From Candidatus Cloacimonadales bacterium (lineage in GTDB: Bacteria; Cloacimonadota; Cloacimonadia; Cloacimonadales; JAFGVF01): a stretch of 64,000 nt of DNA. The DNA lies in the NCBI GenBank assembly GCA_963678375.2, contig OY782831.1:33447-97446 (forward strand), in the 5' to 3' direction. Each line of letters begins with the position of its first letter. Positions within the stretch are counted from its first letter, which is position 1. The translations under genes and the position numbers were made by a program. The notes beneath the pieces were generated by a model that saw nothing but the letters and a program-made list of their open reading frames with translations, was not told where the DNA came from and ran no database searches. Shown here one piece after another: positions 16,848-25,631 of this stretch.

Positions 16848-19538
16848 TTACTGGATATGAATGAACTTTGATACTTGTGTTTCAGTATCAGCATCAAGTT
16901 TAATTAGATAAACACCTGAAGCGTGCTCAGAAACCCCGGACCATTTAAACTGGTGATTACCCTCAGTTAAAAGCAAATCATTAGCTATCTGTGTAACCTT
17001 CTGTCCTTTAAGATTATATACTGAAATAGATACTTCAGCTTTACGAGATAAGTCAAAGCTAATAAAGCTTCCATTACGGTGGAGTGAAGATTTATATGGA
17101 TTCGGATAAATTTTGATATTTCCCATATTAGTATTCATCGCAACATCTTCATTGGAGTTTGAAGTATTGAGAAGTAAAGTTACTTCTGTTACAGAATTTG
17201 CTTCTACTTGAGTTTTTACATAAACAATCTTCTTATTATCAACATTAACTATTTGAATAATTGTTCCATTTTCAACTTCAACTTCAGCATTAACATCTTG
17301 CATTTCAAATTTTAGTAGAATATCATTAAAGGCAATATTATGAAAATTAATAATTTCTGCAGTGTTTTCGGTTGCAGTACCATTATTTGGCAAATCATAA
17401 TTTATTTGAAAATTTTCTCCAGAAGAACCAGCTGTAACTGATGGAAATGGGTCTAAAATTCCATCATTAACTTTGATAATTCTGTATTTTCTATTACCAT
17501 CACAAACCGCACCTGTTGCGAGATTATATGGTGGTTGATTAATATTTCCTTCATCATAGTGGATGTGTCCACTGAGAGCCATTTCAGCATTCATACTATA
17601 TAAATTTATCTGATCCGAAAAGTCATAATGATAGAATAAAACCTTGTTTTCCTCAGAAGAAGATAGCTCAGTATTGAGCCAGTTTATCTGATTATAAGTA
17701 AAACTTTCATCTCCAAATATACCGGGTAGATAGTCATCATAATTAATGTAACTTTCTAAACCAATAAACTTGATACCATCATAAGTAAATGAATAGTTTT
17801 GAGTCCGATAAGGATATACCCCATTAGGTTCTTCTAAAATGTCCCAACCAAAAAAGTTATGCCAATTAGTTCTAGAGGAGCCATCAGGCATTGGTGTATC
17901 CTGCCAACCACCAATATCGTGATTTCCAGAAACTAAGTAAACAGGAGCTTCTAATAATCCTAACATATTTTTAGCAATTGAATAATAACGGGCGTCTAAA
18001 TAGTCTTCTAGTTCTCCTTCATTAACAATATCACCAGTAAAAAGAACGAATTTTGGGTTGAGAGAATTGATATCTTCTATCACAGTTAAAAAGTCTTCAA
18101 CTTCTGTCATATCATTATAATAGTTACTATCATGAGAGAAGAGATGGGTAGGTAGGTGTGTATCAGTAATATGGACAAAATACCAATCATCTTCAGGTTC
18201 AGATTCAATTTTTACAGCATCTTTAACATGATCTTCCACTAAACCAGTTGCTGTTACAACTAAATCAAAAAGTTCATAGAAGGCAGGTTGTGGAGTTTCT
18301 ACAGTTAAAATATGCCAATTGCTAACTGAATCATAGTAGCTACTTTCGATATTTAAATCTATGCTATAATCTTCATATTCAAGGGAAGCTTGCCAACCAC
18401 TTGTAGCTACTGGAGCTGAAGCCCAAATCTCGAAACTCTCACCAGGATGAGTAATTTGAGGTATAGAGATGATAGGCCTTTGTACTGTAGTAAGAATATC
18501 TCCCTGTTCAGAAGAACTTATAGAGATGTTCAAGTTACCAAAATTGAAAGAACCAATCTCTTGACCGTTAAGAGAACATTCGAAGGCATAAAAAGTAGTG
18601 TTCCCCATTCCAATGGGGTTAAAAGTTAAGTTTACTAAAATACCAGATGAAACTGAAGAAGCAGAGCCGGAGTAATCTAAAACTATAGTATTCGCTGTAC
18701 TTGAGTAATTAGTACTCGTTAAAATTGCAGAGGAATAATTTACTCCAGTAAATTCTACCATGTTATTATTGTAAGATAACTCAATGTGAAATGAATCTAT
18801 TTGCAAGTCATCTTGATGAAATATTTGCAAAGGAACATAGAATTCTTCATTTTGTGTTACAAAAATATCGTCTGTTGCAATAGTTATTGGCATATCTCCC
18901 ATGACCAAATCATCATTGCTTCTCGGATTCAGATAGTAATCTCCATAAGAATAACTTACTACTCCAGTTAGTGAAGCTATGACACTGCCAACAATAGCAT
19001 CAAAACCTGTATTCATTAAACTAATAGCACCTGTACCAATTCTAGCAGTCCCTGTACCATCATTAATTTTCAGATTTCCATATTGATCATAAGATTCAAC
19101 AATTTGGGCCTGCTGTATTTTGACTAATACACCTTCATAAGCTTCATTGCTATTAAGTTGACCTGTTGTTATAATAGTTGGCTGAACTATATTTCCACTG
19201 GATAGAATATTAAGATTGGATATATCTGTTAACTCTGTTAAACCCCAGTATTCAGTAACTTCACCTGTTAATGAAACTTCGTCACCAACATTTAATGAGT
19301 AAGAGTGGTAGATATAGATTCCTTTCCAAGCCCCACCTTCAGGCATAGAAAGAAAGAAACGATTATTGCTGTAATTATCAGCAGTTACTATTCCAGTAAC
19401 AGAAACTGTTTGCCCTTCATATGGAGAAGGATAAGTACCATCAGAACCAGGATTATTGGTGTATTGCAAGTCATATATAGTTAGTCCGAACATATTGGAT
19501 GTAACTAGTAACAGGATTATTATTATCAGTTTATTCAT
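16848..19538 (-). CDS. secreted metallophosphoesterase with N-terminal nuclease-type OB-like domain, cohesin-like domain and T9SS C-terminal sorting domain
   Basis: 896 aa with signal peptide. N-terminus IYDLQY..GQTVSVTGIVTA as in extracellular nucleases. Calcineurin-like motifs FVHITDTHLP, FTGDIVNEG, SGNHD, SGHIH. C-terminus KIYPNPYKS...SGVYLIKLDADTETQVSKFIHIQ is a Por-secretion-tail pattern (nt about 16848-17090). Confidence 0.75.
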   Translation of the reverse strand: MNKLIIIILLLVTSNMFGLTIYDLQYTNNPGSDGTYPSPYEGQTVSVTGIVTADNYSNNRFFLSMPEGGAWKGIYIYHSYSLNVGDEVSLTGEVTEYWGLTELTDISNLNILSSGNIVQPTIITTGQLNSNEAYEGVLVKIQQAQIVESYDQYGNLKINDGTGTARIGTGAISLMNTGFDAIVGSVIASLTGVVSYSYGDYYLNPRSNDDLVMGDMPITIATDDIFVTQNEEFYVPLQIFHQDDLQIDSFHIELSYNNNMVEFTGVNYSSAILTSTNYSSTANTIVLDYSGSASSVSSGILVNLTFNPIGMGNTTFYAFECSLNGQEIGSFNFGNLNISISSSEQGDILTTVQRPIISIPQITHPGESFEIWASAPVATSGWQASLEYEDYSIDLNIESSYYDSVSNWHILTVETPQPAFYELFDLVVTATGLVEDHVKDAVKIESEPEDDWYFVHITDTHLPTHLFSHDSNYYNDMTEVEDFLTVIEDINSLNPKFVLFTGDIVNEGELEDYLDARYYSIAKNMLGLLEAPVYLVSGNHDIGGWQDTPMPDGSSRTNWHNFFGWDILEEPNGVYPYRTQNYSFTYDGIKFIGLESYINYDDYLPGIFGDESFTYNQINWLNTELSSSEENKVLFYHYDFSDQINLYSMNAEMALSGHIHYDEGNINQPPYNLATGAVCDGNRKYRIIKVNDGILDPFPSVTAGSSGENFQINYDLPNNGTATENTAEIINFHNIAFNDILLKFEMQDVNAEVEVENGTIIQIVNVDNKKIVYVKTQVEANSVTEVTLLLNTSNSNEDVAMNTNMGNIKIYPNPYKSSLHRNGSFISFDLSRKAEVSISVYNLKGQKVTQIANDLLLTEGNHQFKWSGVSEHASGVYLIKLDADTETQVSKFIHIQ

Positions 19539-19593
19539 AAAGATCTCCTAATTTTTACAAGGTAAAATTTACAGCATTTTAGTCAATAACTCT

Positions 19594-20490
19594 TTAAAAT
19601 TTCTTTTGATAAGAATGGCAATATGGCAAACTTCCTTTCTTGTCATAATAGTCTTGATGATAGTTTTCTGCTGTATAAAAGTCCCCTGCTGGTTGGACTT
19701 TTGTTACTACATCAAAACCTTTATCTTTAAGAATGCTTATTAACTTCTGAGCTGTTGCCTTTTCTTCTGGTGAAGAATAAAAAATCACTGATCTATATTG
19801 TTCACCAATATCTGGTCCTTGTCTGTCAAGCTGAGTTGGATCATGGATTTCGAAAAAATACTTAGCTAGCTCTTCATAAGATATTTTTTTAGGGTCATAA
19901 ACTACTTCAGTAGTTTCAATGTGCCCTGTACCACCTTTTACTACTTCATAGTAACCAGGGTTAGCAAGATCTCCTCCCATAAATCCAACACTGCTGTCTA
20001 TAACACCGTCTAACTGCTGAAGATAATATTCAACTCCCCAGAAACATCCTCCTGCGAAATAAGCTTTGGCAGAAGTAACTTTTTCCTGGAAAGATAAAGA
20101 GACAGAATTAACACAATGCCTAACATTCTTTTCAGTAAAACCTTCCCCTACAAAAACATGACCTAAGTGTCCCCCACAATTAGCACAAACTATTTCAGTT
20201 CGAACTCCATCTTTGTCTGCAACTTCTTTAACTCTACCAGGGATAGCATCATCGAAACTGGGCCAACCACAATTAGAGTGGAACTTTGCTGAAGATTCAA
20301 ATAGTTCTGTACCACATTTCTTACAGTGATAAGAGCCATCTTCAAAATGATCAACATACTTACCAGTAAAAGGTGCTTCAGTGCCTTTATCTTCTATAAC
20401 AAATTTTTCAAGATCAGTTAGTTTATCATCTTTACTATACATAATTATTGCTCCTATTATCATGAGTAATATTAAAATTATCCTTTTCAT
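19594..20490 (-). CDS. msrAB: bifunctional peptide-methionine sulfoxide reductase MsrB/MsrA with N-terminal signal/anchor
   Basis: MsrB part CKKCGTELF..CGWPSF..VCANCGGHLGHVF. MsrA part AYFAGGCFWGVEYY. Start moved to ATG 20490 (MKRIILILLMIIGAI), preceded by GAGGT. The track extension to 20580 covers the promoter. Confidence 0.9.
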   Translation of the reverse strand: MKRIILILLMIIGAIIMYSKDDKLTDLEKFVIEDKGTEAPFTGKYVDHFEDGSYHCKKCGTELFESSAKFHSNCGWPSFDDAIPGRVKEVADKDGVRTEIVCANCGGHLGHVFVGEGFTEKNVRHCVNSVSLSFQEKVTSAKAYFAGGCFWGVEYYLQQLDGVIDSSVGFMGGDLANPGYYEVVKGGTGHIETTEVVYDPKKISYEELAKYFFEIHDPTQLDRQGPDIGEQYRSVIFYSSPEEKATAQKLISILKDKGFDVVTKVQPAGDFYTAENYHQDYYDKKGSLPYCHSYQKKF

Positions 20491-20512
20491 ATTTACCTCA
20501 CTTTTAAAGAAT

Positions 20513-20540
20513 AATATATTGTAATAATTACAAAATGCAA
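20513..20540 (-). promoter_or_regulatory. putative promoter of msrBA (TTGCAT-N16-TATATT)
   Basis: Minus strand reads TTGCATTTTGTAATTATTACAATATATT, 23 nt upstream of ATG 20490. Confidence 0.35.
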
Positions 20541-20879
20541 TTTTTAAGTAAAGGGAGCCTGTAATACCATGAACTTTCAACTAGTATCAAATTATAATTG
20601 TTAATGAAGATGAATTAAAATGGTCTTGTGTAAGTTCAAGTAGCCTATATGGTTTATAGATATCATTACTATTGTGTGTTGATTGACTCTAAATCTAATG
20701 AATGCCTAATAGATACCCAGTAGAGGCTTTATAGACACCTAATAGAAAAGCTAAATAAGAATATATTAAATTTCCCAAGAACAATATAACAAGATTGCGG
20801 GGATGGTATCAAAAAGTTTTAAAATATGTGGTTTATTACGAAAATTGTCACAAGACCTAAACTTTAGTTATTACTCCAA

Positions 20880-21806
20880 CTAAGACTTTTCACCTCTTTG
20901 TCGTTCAACGCTTTTCCATCGTTTATGTACCCAAAACCAGAGGTGGGGATATCTATTGATCATCTGGGACAGAGAGTTATTCAAGCTCTTCATAACATCG
21001 AAATCAGTCATCCCTTCTTGATTTGGATAGAAAATCTTCTCAAATCTAAAGATATGTTTTCCATCAGGGGTTCTGATATGGTAAGCAGGCATAATAGGCA
21101 AATCAGCTTTTAAAGCGATTCTTGCAATACCCATAAAGACAGATGCATCATAATTCATAAATGGCATTATTTCTCCAGATTTCCGAGCATCTTGATCATG
21201 AATAAAGAAAATCATTCTATTATCTTTGATGGCTTTTAAAATTCCTCTTAGAGCTCTTTTCTGATAAATTACATCAAGGCCATACTTTGCTCTAAACTGA
21301 ACAAAGTAATCATTGAAGAAGGGGTTTCTCTGTTTTTTTGCTATTGCACTAAGATTAATTTCTCGTTTCAAGAGATAATAACCTAGAATTTCCCAATTAC
21401 CATAATGACCAGTAGCAATTAGAACACTTTTATTCATTTTGATTGCTTCTTCAAGATTATCTAAGCCTTCAAAATGAGCATTTTCAACTAATTTATCTTT
21501 ATCAGCTTTGAAAATTTCATAGACCATTAGTCCAAAATGTTTATACATAGACTTAGTATAAGCAAGGATTTGACTATGGCTTAACTGAGGAAGAGACCTT
21601 TTCATTTGTCTTATGACTAGCGCTTTACGGATTCCAAATCGAAATCCAACATTTACAGCTATAAAGTTCATTAATCCTTTAACACTTTTATCGCTTAGGA
21701 TTCTAAAAAGCCAGAGAAAGAAAGAAAGGCCTATCTTTTCAAAGAAATTCTTACGAGATTTATTTTTCTTTTTCAAAATTACATACCTTTTCGATTGATA
21801 TAGCAT
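20880..21806 (-). CDS. LpxL/HtrB-type lipid A (Kdo2-lipid IVA) acyltransferase family protein
   Basis: 308 aa: N-terminal TM, ATGHYGNWE (HX4E acyltransferase motif), FIHDQD. Start uncertain. ATG 21806 overlaps the upstream gene by 47 nt, and TTG 21776 with an AAAGG RBS is an alternative. Confidence 0.7.
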   Translation of the reverse strand: MLYQSKRYVILKKKNKSRKNFFEKIGLSFFLWLFRILSDKSVKGLMNFIAVNVGFRFGIRKALVIRQMKRSLPQLSHSQILAYTKSMYKHFGLMVYEIFKADKDKLVENAHFEGLDNLEEAIKMNKSVLIATGHYGNWEILGYYLLKREINLSAIAKKQRNPFFNDYFVQFRAKYGLDVIYQKRALRGILKAIKDNRMIFFIHDQDARKSGEIMPFMNYDASVFMGIARIALKADLPIMPAYHIRTPDGKHIFRFEKIFYPNQEGMTDFDVMKSLNNSLSQMINRYPHLWFWVHKRWKSVERQRGEKS

Positions 21807-22704
21807 TCCCTTTTGTGTGCTTTCTTGTTTGATTTACTATTAGTTCACCGAGTAAACCGATTGAGAAGAATTGAATCCCTGCCAGAATTAATAAAATTGA
21901 TAGAAAAAGAGCAGGTCTATTTGAAAGTGGCATACCCATAGCGTACTTCATTATAGTAAGATAGAGCCCTAATAATGTACCTACTATAGTGAGAATTGAG
22001 CCAATACCCCCAAAGAGATAGAGGGGTGACCGGTTAAATTTAGTAATGAGCTTCACTGTAAGGAGATCTAGAAAGCCTCTTAAATAGCGTTCAAAACCAT
22101 ACTTTGATTTACCGAATTCTCTAGCTCGATGATGTACTGGTATCTGCCCGACTTTGAAGCCCTTTGCATCGGCTAAAGCAGGTACATACCTATGCATCTC
22201 ACCATAGATATCTAATTCCTTAACCAGGTCTTTACTATAAGCTTTAAAGCCACAGTTGTAATCATTTAGCTTTAACTTAAATGTTTTAGAAGTTACCCAA
22301 TTAAAAAGTTTTGATGGTAGCCTTTTACTAATAGGATCGCGACGTTTAACTTTCCAACCAGTGACAAGGTCATAACCCTCTTTCATCTTTTCTAAGAAAT
22401 TCCTTATTTCTATAGGATTATCTTGTAAATCTGCATCCATAGTGAAAATTATATCTCCAGAGACATTGTTAAAACCTATGTCAAGGGCATAAGCTTTGCC
22501 AAAATTTTTTCTGAATTTTATAACTTTTACACATTTATCTTTTATAGAAATATCTCTCATCACTTGATAAGTTTTGTCACTGCTCCCATCATCTATAAAA
22601 ATGATTTCATAGTCATAAGAAAGGCAGTTTTCAACTATCTCTTGATAGAGCTGAGGTATGGATTCTTCTTCATTTAAAGCAGGTATGACGAAAGATAATT
22701 TCAT
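21760..22704 (-). CDS. GT2 polyprenyl-phosphate glycosyltransferase (GtrB/ArnC/Dpm1-like)
   Basis: 314 aa: SFVIPALNEEESI, IFIDDGSSD, TMDADLQD, two C-terminal TM helices (LYLFGGIGSILTIVGTLLGLYL, LFLSILLILAGIQFFSIGLLGE). Confidence 0.85.
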   Translation of the reverse strand: MKLSFVIPALNEEESIPQLYQEIVENCLSYDYEIIFIDDGSSDKTYQVMRDISIKDKCVKVIKFRKNFGKAYALDIGFNNVSGDIIFTMDADLQDNPIEIRNFLEKMKEGYDLVTGWKVKRRDPISKRLPSKLFNWVTSKTFKLKLNDYNCGFKAYSKDLVKELDIYGEMHRYVPALADAKGFKVGQIPVHHRAREFGKSKYGFERYLRGFLDLLTVKLITKFNRSPLYLFGGIGSILTIVGTLLGLYLTIMKYAMGMPLSNRPALFLSILLILAGIQFFSIGLLGELIVNQTRKHTKGNAISIEKVCNFEKEK

Positions 22705-22712
22705 TTTATCTC

Positions 22713-23900
22713 CTATTTTAAAAAATCAAAAAAAACTTTGGTAGAAAGCTTAGCAAAAAGTCCAGGCTTCTTAAGGATTAAAGTTTTAAAGATATTTAAG
22801 ACATTTAATTCATCTAAAGAAATATCTCTAAGGTAGTCGAAATATTTATCTAATTTACTATTATTTGCTTGAACTATTTTTTCTTTTATTATCTGCTCAA
22901 TATTCTCTTTATTCTTATTCTTGGCATGCCATTTCTGTTGATATGACAATAGTTTCTTATCATCAATTCCCTTACTTGTAAAAGCTTTAGCTATAGTTTC
23001 TCCACAAAGAAGTCCTGCAGATATCGCAGTGTCAATTCCACCACCACTGATTGCATTAGTTTGATAAGCAGAATCTCCAACCAGCATAATTCTGTCTTTC
23101 ACTAAGACAGGATTGCTTTTTCGGACTGGTACTCCCCCACAAGTTACTCTAAGTGAGTTAGAATCAGGAAAATATTCTTTGATATAGCTATCAAGGTATT
23201 CCTTAGCTGTCTTTTCTGCTCGTTCAGGATTAACACCTAAACCCACATTAGCTGTCTTGCTTCCTTTAGGAAAGATCCAGATATAACCACCAGGAGCATA
23301 TTTATTATCAAAAATAAAACTACATCTACCATCAGTTATTTTTTCATCGTAGAGCAAATGTTGAGCACAGGAATCTATGTCAGATAGAGCTAGTTGTTGT
23401 GACATCCCAAACCACCGACCTACTTGGGAATCTATTCCATCACATCCTACAAGAAGTTTTGCTCGGATATCATGACTTTGATTTCTCACTGAAAGAATAT
23501 ATAAACCTTGCCTTTTGTCATATTCAGCTTTAAAAACATCATGATTTAACAGAAGTTTTGCTCCATTATCTAGAGCTTTTTTAGTCAAAAATTTATCAAA
23601 TAGTTCTCGGTTAAGGATTAGTCCTTGATTTGGACTATCAATCAAAATTGATTTCTTGTTTGGTGGAATAATTTCAATTGATTGGATTTGACTAGCAATT
23701 ACTGATTCAGGTATTTTACCTATCTCTTTCAAAGCTTTATTCATTATCCCTTCAGCACAGCGAACTGGAAGGCCAATTTCTCTATCACGCTCTAAAATGA
23801 CAGTATTCAGCCCACTTTTAGCACATTGATAGGCAGTAACAGAACCTGCAGGTCCTCCACCAATAACAGCTACATCATAGATTTGATTAGTCTGATACAT
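22713..23900 (-). CDS. geranylgeranyl reductase family FAD-dependent oxidoreductase
   Basis: 395 aa: YDVAVIGGGPAGS, EIGLPVRCAEG, MLVGDSAYQTNAISGGGIDTAISAG. This pattern matches archaeal/bacterial GGR (TIGR02032-type) as I remember it. Confidence 0.8.
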   Translation of the reverse strand: MYQTNQIYDVAVIGGGPAGSVTAYQCAKSGLNTVILERDREIGLPVRCAEGIMNKALKEIGKIPESVIASQIQSIEIIPPNKKSILIDSPNQGLILNRELFDKFLTKKALDNGAKLLLNHDVFKAEYDKRQGLYILSVRNQSHDIRAKLLVGCDGIDSQVGRWFGMSQQLALSDIDSCAQHLLYDEKITDGRCSFIFDNKYAPGGYIWIFPKGSKTANVGLGVNPERAEKTAKEYLDSYIKEYFPDSNSLRVTCGGVPVRKSNPVLVKDRIMLVGDSAYQTNAISGGGIDTAISAGLLCGETIAKAFTSKGIDDKKLLSYQQKWHAKNKNKENIEQIIKEKIVQANNSKLDKYFDYLRDISLDELNVLNIFKTLILKKPGLFAKLSTKVFFDFLK

Positions 23901-24066
23901 TGACTATTGCTCCCATTGGACAGCTTGAAATACACTTTTGACATCTAATACACTTTTCTTGATCTATTTCAACTAAATCCTGACTTATATCAATAGCAAG
24001 ATGAGGACAGATTGCAACACAGCAACCACACTTATCACAGCCTTTATTATCAATTATTATTCTCAT
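23887..24066 (-). CDS. 2x[4Fe-4S] dicluster ferredoxin (59 aa, below the ORF-track size cut-off)
   Basis: Manual translation from ATG 24066: MRIIIDNKGCDKCGCCVAICPHLAIDISQDLVEIDQEKCIRCQKCISSCPMGAIVNVSD, stop TAA 23889-23887. Two CxxCxxCxxxCP motifs. Overlaps the recJ stop by 17 nt and the reductase start by 14 nt. Confidence 0.75.
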   Translation of the reverse strand: MRIIIDNKGCDKCGCCVAICPHLAIDISQDLVEIDQEKCIRCQKCISSCPMGAIVNVSD

Positions 24067-25618
24067 TTGCTTCTCTATAATCTACGACTTTTGCTTGTCC
24101 ATTATTGGAAATTTGCACTATCAACTCATAGATTTTATCGTCATGTAAATTATTCCTTGTTGCTGAATCAAAAGCTAATTTATGGTGGTTACCCTTTAGA
24201 TCATAGTTTTTCACTAAGATCATAGGCTCGGGATTATTATGGCCAAAAGGAAGCATAAAATCTAATTGTTCTATCGCATTGTTATCAAGTTCACTAATAT
24301 CAATAACAGCATCAATATCAATTGTTTTGTTATCTTCAATCACCTGTTTTTGAAGTAGGAAGTATTCTTTATAGAGTTCAAGGAATCTATCTAGATTCTC
24401 TTTGTTCATGGTAAAACCACCCGCCCGAACATGTCCTCCATATTGAATTAGGCTCTCTTCACAGTATTTGAAGGCATCAAGAATACTGAAACCCTCACTG
24501 CAACGCCCTTCGCATATAATTACTCCATCACGCTCTTTAAGCATTATTACAGGTTCATAAAGTGTATTAACTAAAAAAGTTGCACAAGTTCCTAATAAAG
24601 GGTTTGGAATTCTATCATCAGTATCAAAATAAACCAGCCCTGTACCATCATAGTCTGCTAATAATTCTGATATTATATTATTAAGAGCATAGAGATTCTG
24701 TTCATTTGCTTTCTTTTCGTTTTGGATTAAAGCAAACTCATCATACTTTTCTCTATCATTAGCTAGCATGAATTTCAAACCATGATGCTTGCCTTCTATC
24801 TCTCGTCCATTTGCTATCATACGATAACTATATGTCAAAAAACTTAGTTTATCGTAGTAGTTTTGAATAGGATTACAGATAGATTTTAGCATATCAATAG
24901 TGTTATCTTTCATTTGGTCCCAATTTTCTAAAACATGCCTTACTATAATCCAATTAACATCTGCCATAGGGACTCGATCAGCTAAAGAGCCTACTGCTGT
25001 CCAGAAGTAATAGGCAGGTTTTACTTCTTTATCTAGCTGCTTTGCCAAACCTCTAACAAGCATGAGAGAAACTCCCACACCGGCAATCATATCATATGGA
25101 TAAGAACAGTCTTGACGTTTTGGATTAACAACAGCTCTTGCTTGTGGTATATTCTCTTGATCAAAGAGATGATGATCTGTTATAATTACATCAACTCCAA
25201 GAGCTTTAATCTCTTCAACCTTGTCCTTCGAAGAAATACCATTATCAACCGTTATTAATAAATCAGCTTGTTTTTGTTTAAGAAACGATAAACAGCTGTC
25301 TTGAATACCATGATGATCAATAAGTCTGTTAGGAATATAATAATAGTGATTTTGAAAGCCACAGCTCTCAAAGAAATCATAAAGTAAGTAAGTTGATGTT
25401 ACTCCATCAGGATCATCATGTCCAAAAATCACAATTCTTTCATTGCTATAGAGGGCACTTAGAATTCTTTCTACGGCAATATCAAGATCTTTTAAAAGAA
25501 AATCATCAGGTAGATCTGCTATTGTCTTTTCATAATCATCTTTACTTTTCTTGCGATTAGTTAATATTTGATTAATAAAACCATCTTCACTATCACTATA
25601 TAACCATTTTAATTTCAT
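24050..25618 (-). CDS. recJ: single-stranded-DNA-specific exonuclease RecJ (DHH/DHHA1 phosphoesterase)
   Basis: 522 aa: IFGHDDPDGVTS, ITVDNGIS, VIITDHH, GGHVRAGGFT. Confidence 0.8.
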   Translation of the reverse strand: MKLKWLYSDSEDGFINQILTNRKKSKDDYEKTIADLPDDFLLKDLDIAVERILSALYSNERIVIFGHDDPDGVTSTYLLYDFFESCGFQNHYYYIPNRLIDHHGIQDSCLSFLKQKQADLLITVDNGISSKDKVEEIKALGVDVIITDHHLFDQENIPQARAVVNPKRQDCSYPYDMIAGVGVSLMLVRGLAKQLDKEVKPAYYFWTAVGSLADRVPMADVNWIIVRHVLENWDQMKDNTIDMLKSICNPIQNYYDKLSFLTYSYRMIANGREIEGKHHGLKFMLANDREKYDEFALIQNEKKANEQNLYALNNIISELLADYDGTGLVYFDTDDRIPNPLLGTCATFLVNTLYEPVIMLKERDGVIICEGRCSEGFSILDAFKYCEESLIQYGGHVRAGGFTMNKENLDRFLELYKEYFLLQKQVIEDNKTIDIDAVIDISELDNNAIEQLDFMLPFGHNNPEPMILVKNYDLKGNHHKLAFDSATRNNLHDDKIYELIVQISNNGQAKVVDYREANENNN

Positions 25619-25631
25619 TAATATTTCCTTG

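Noticed and set aside
24001-24225. 74-aa plus-strand ORF at the recJ 3' end.
   Set aside because: The region is fully explained on the minus strand by the recJ C-terminus and the hand-translated ferredoxin with two complete Fe-S motifs.
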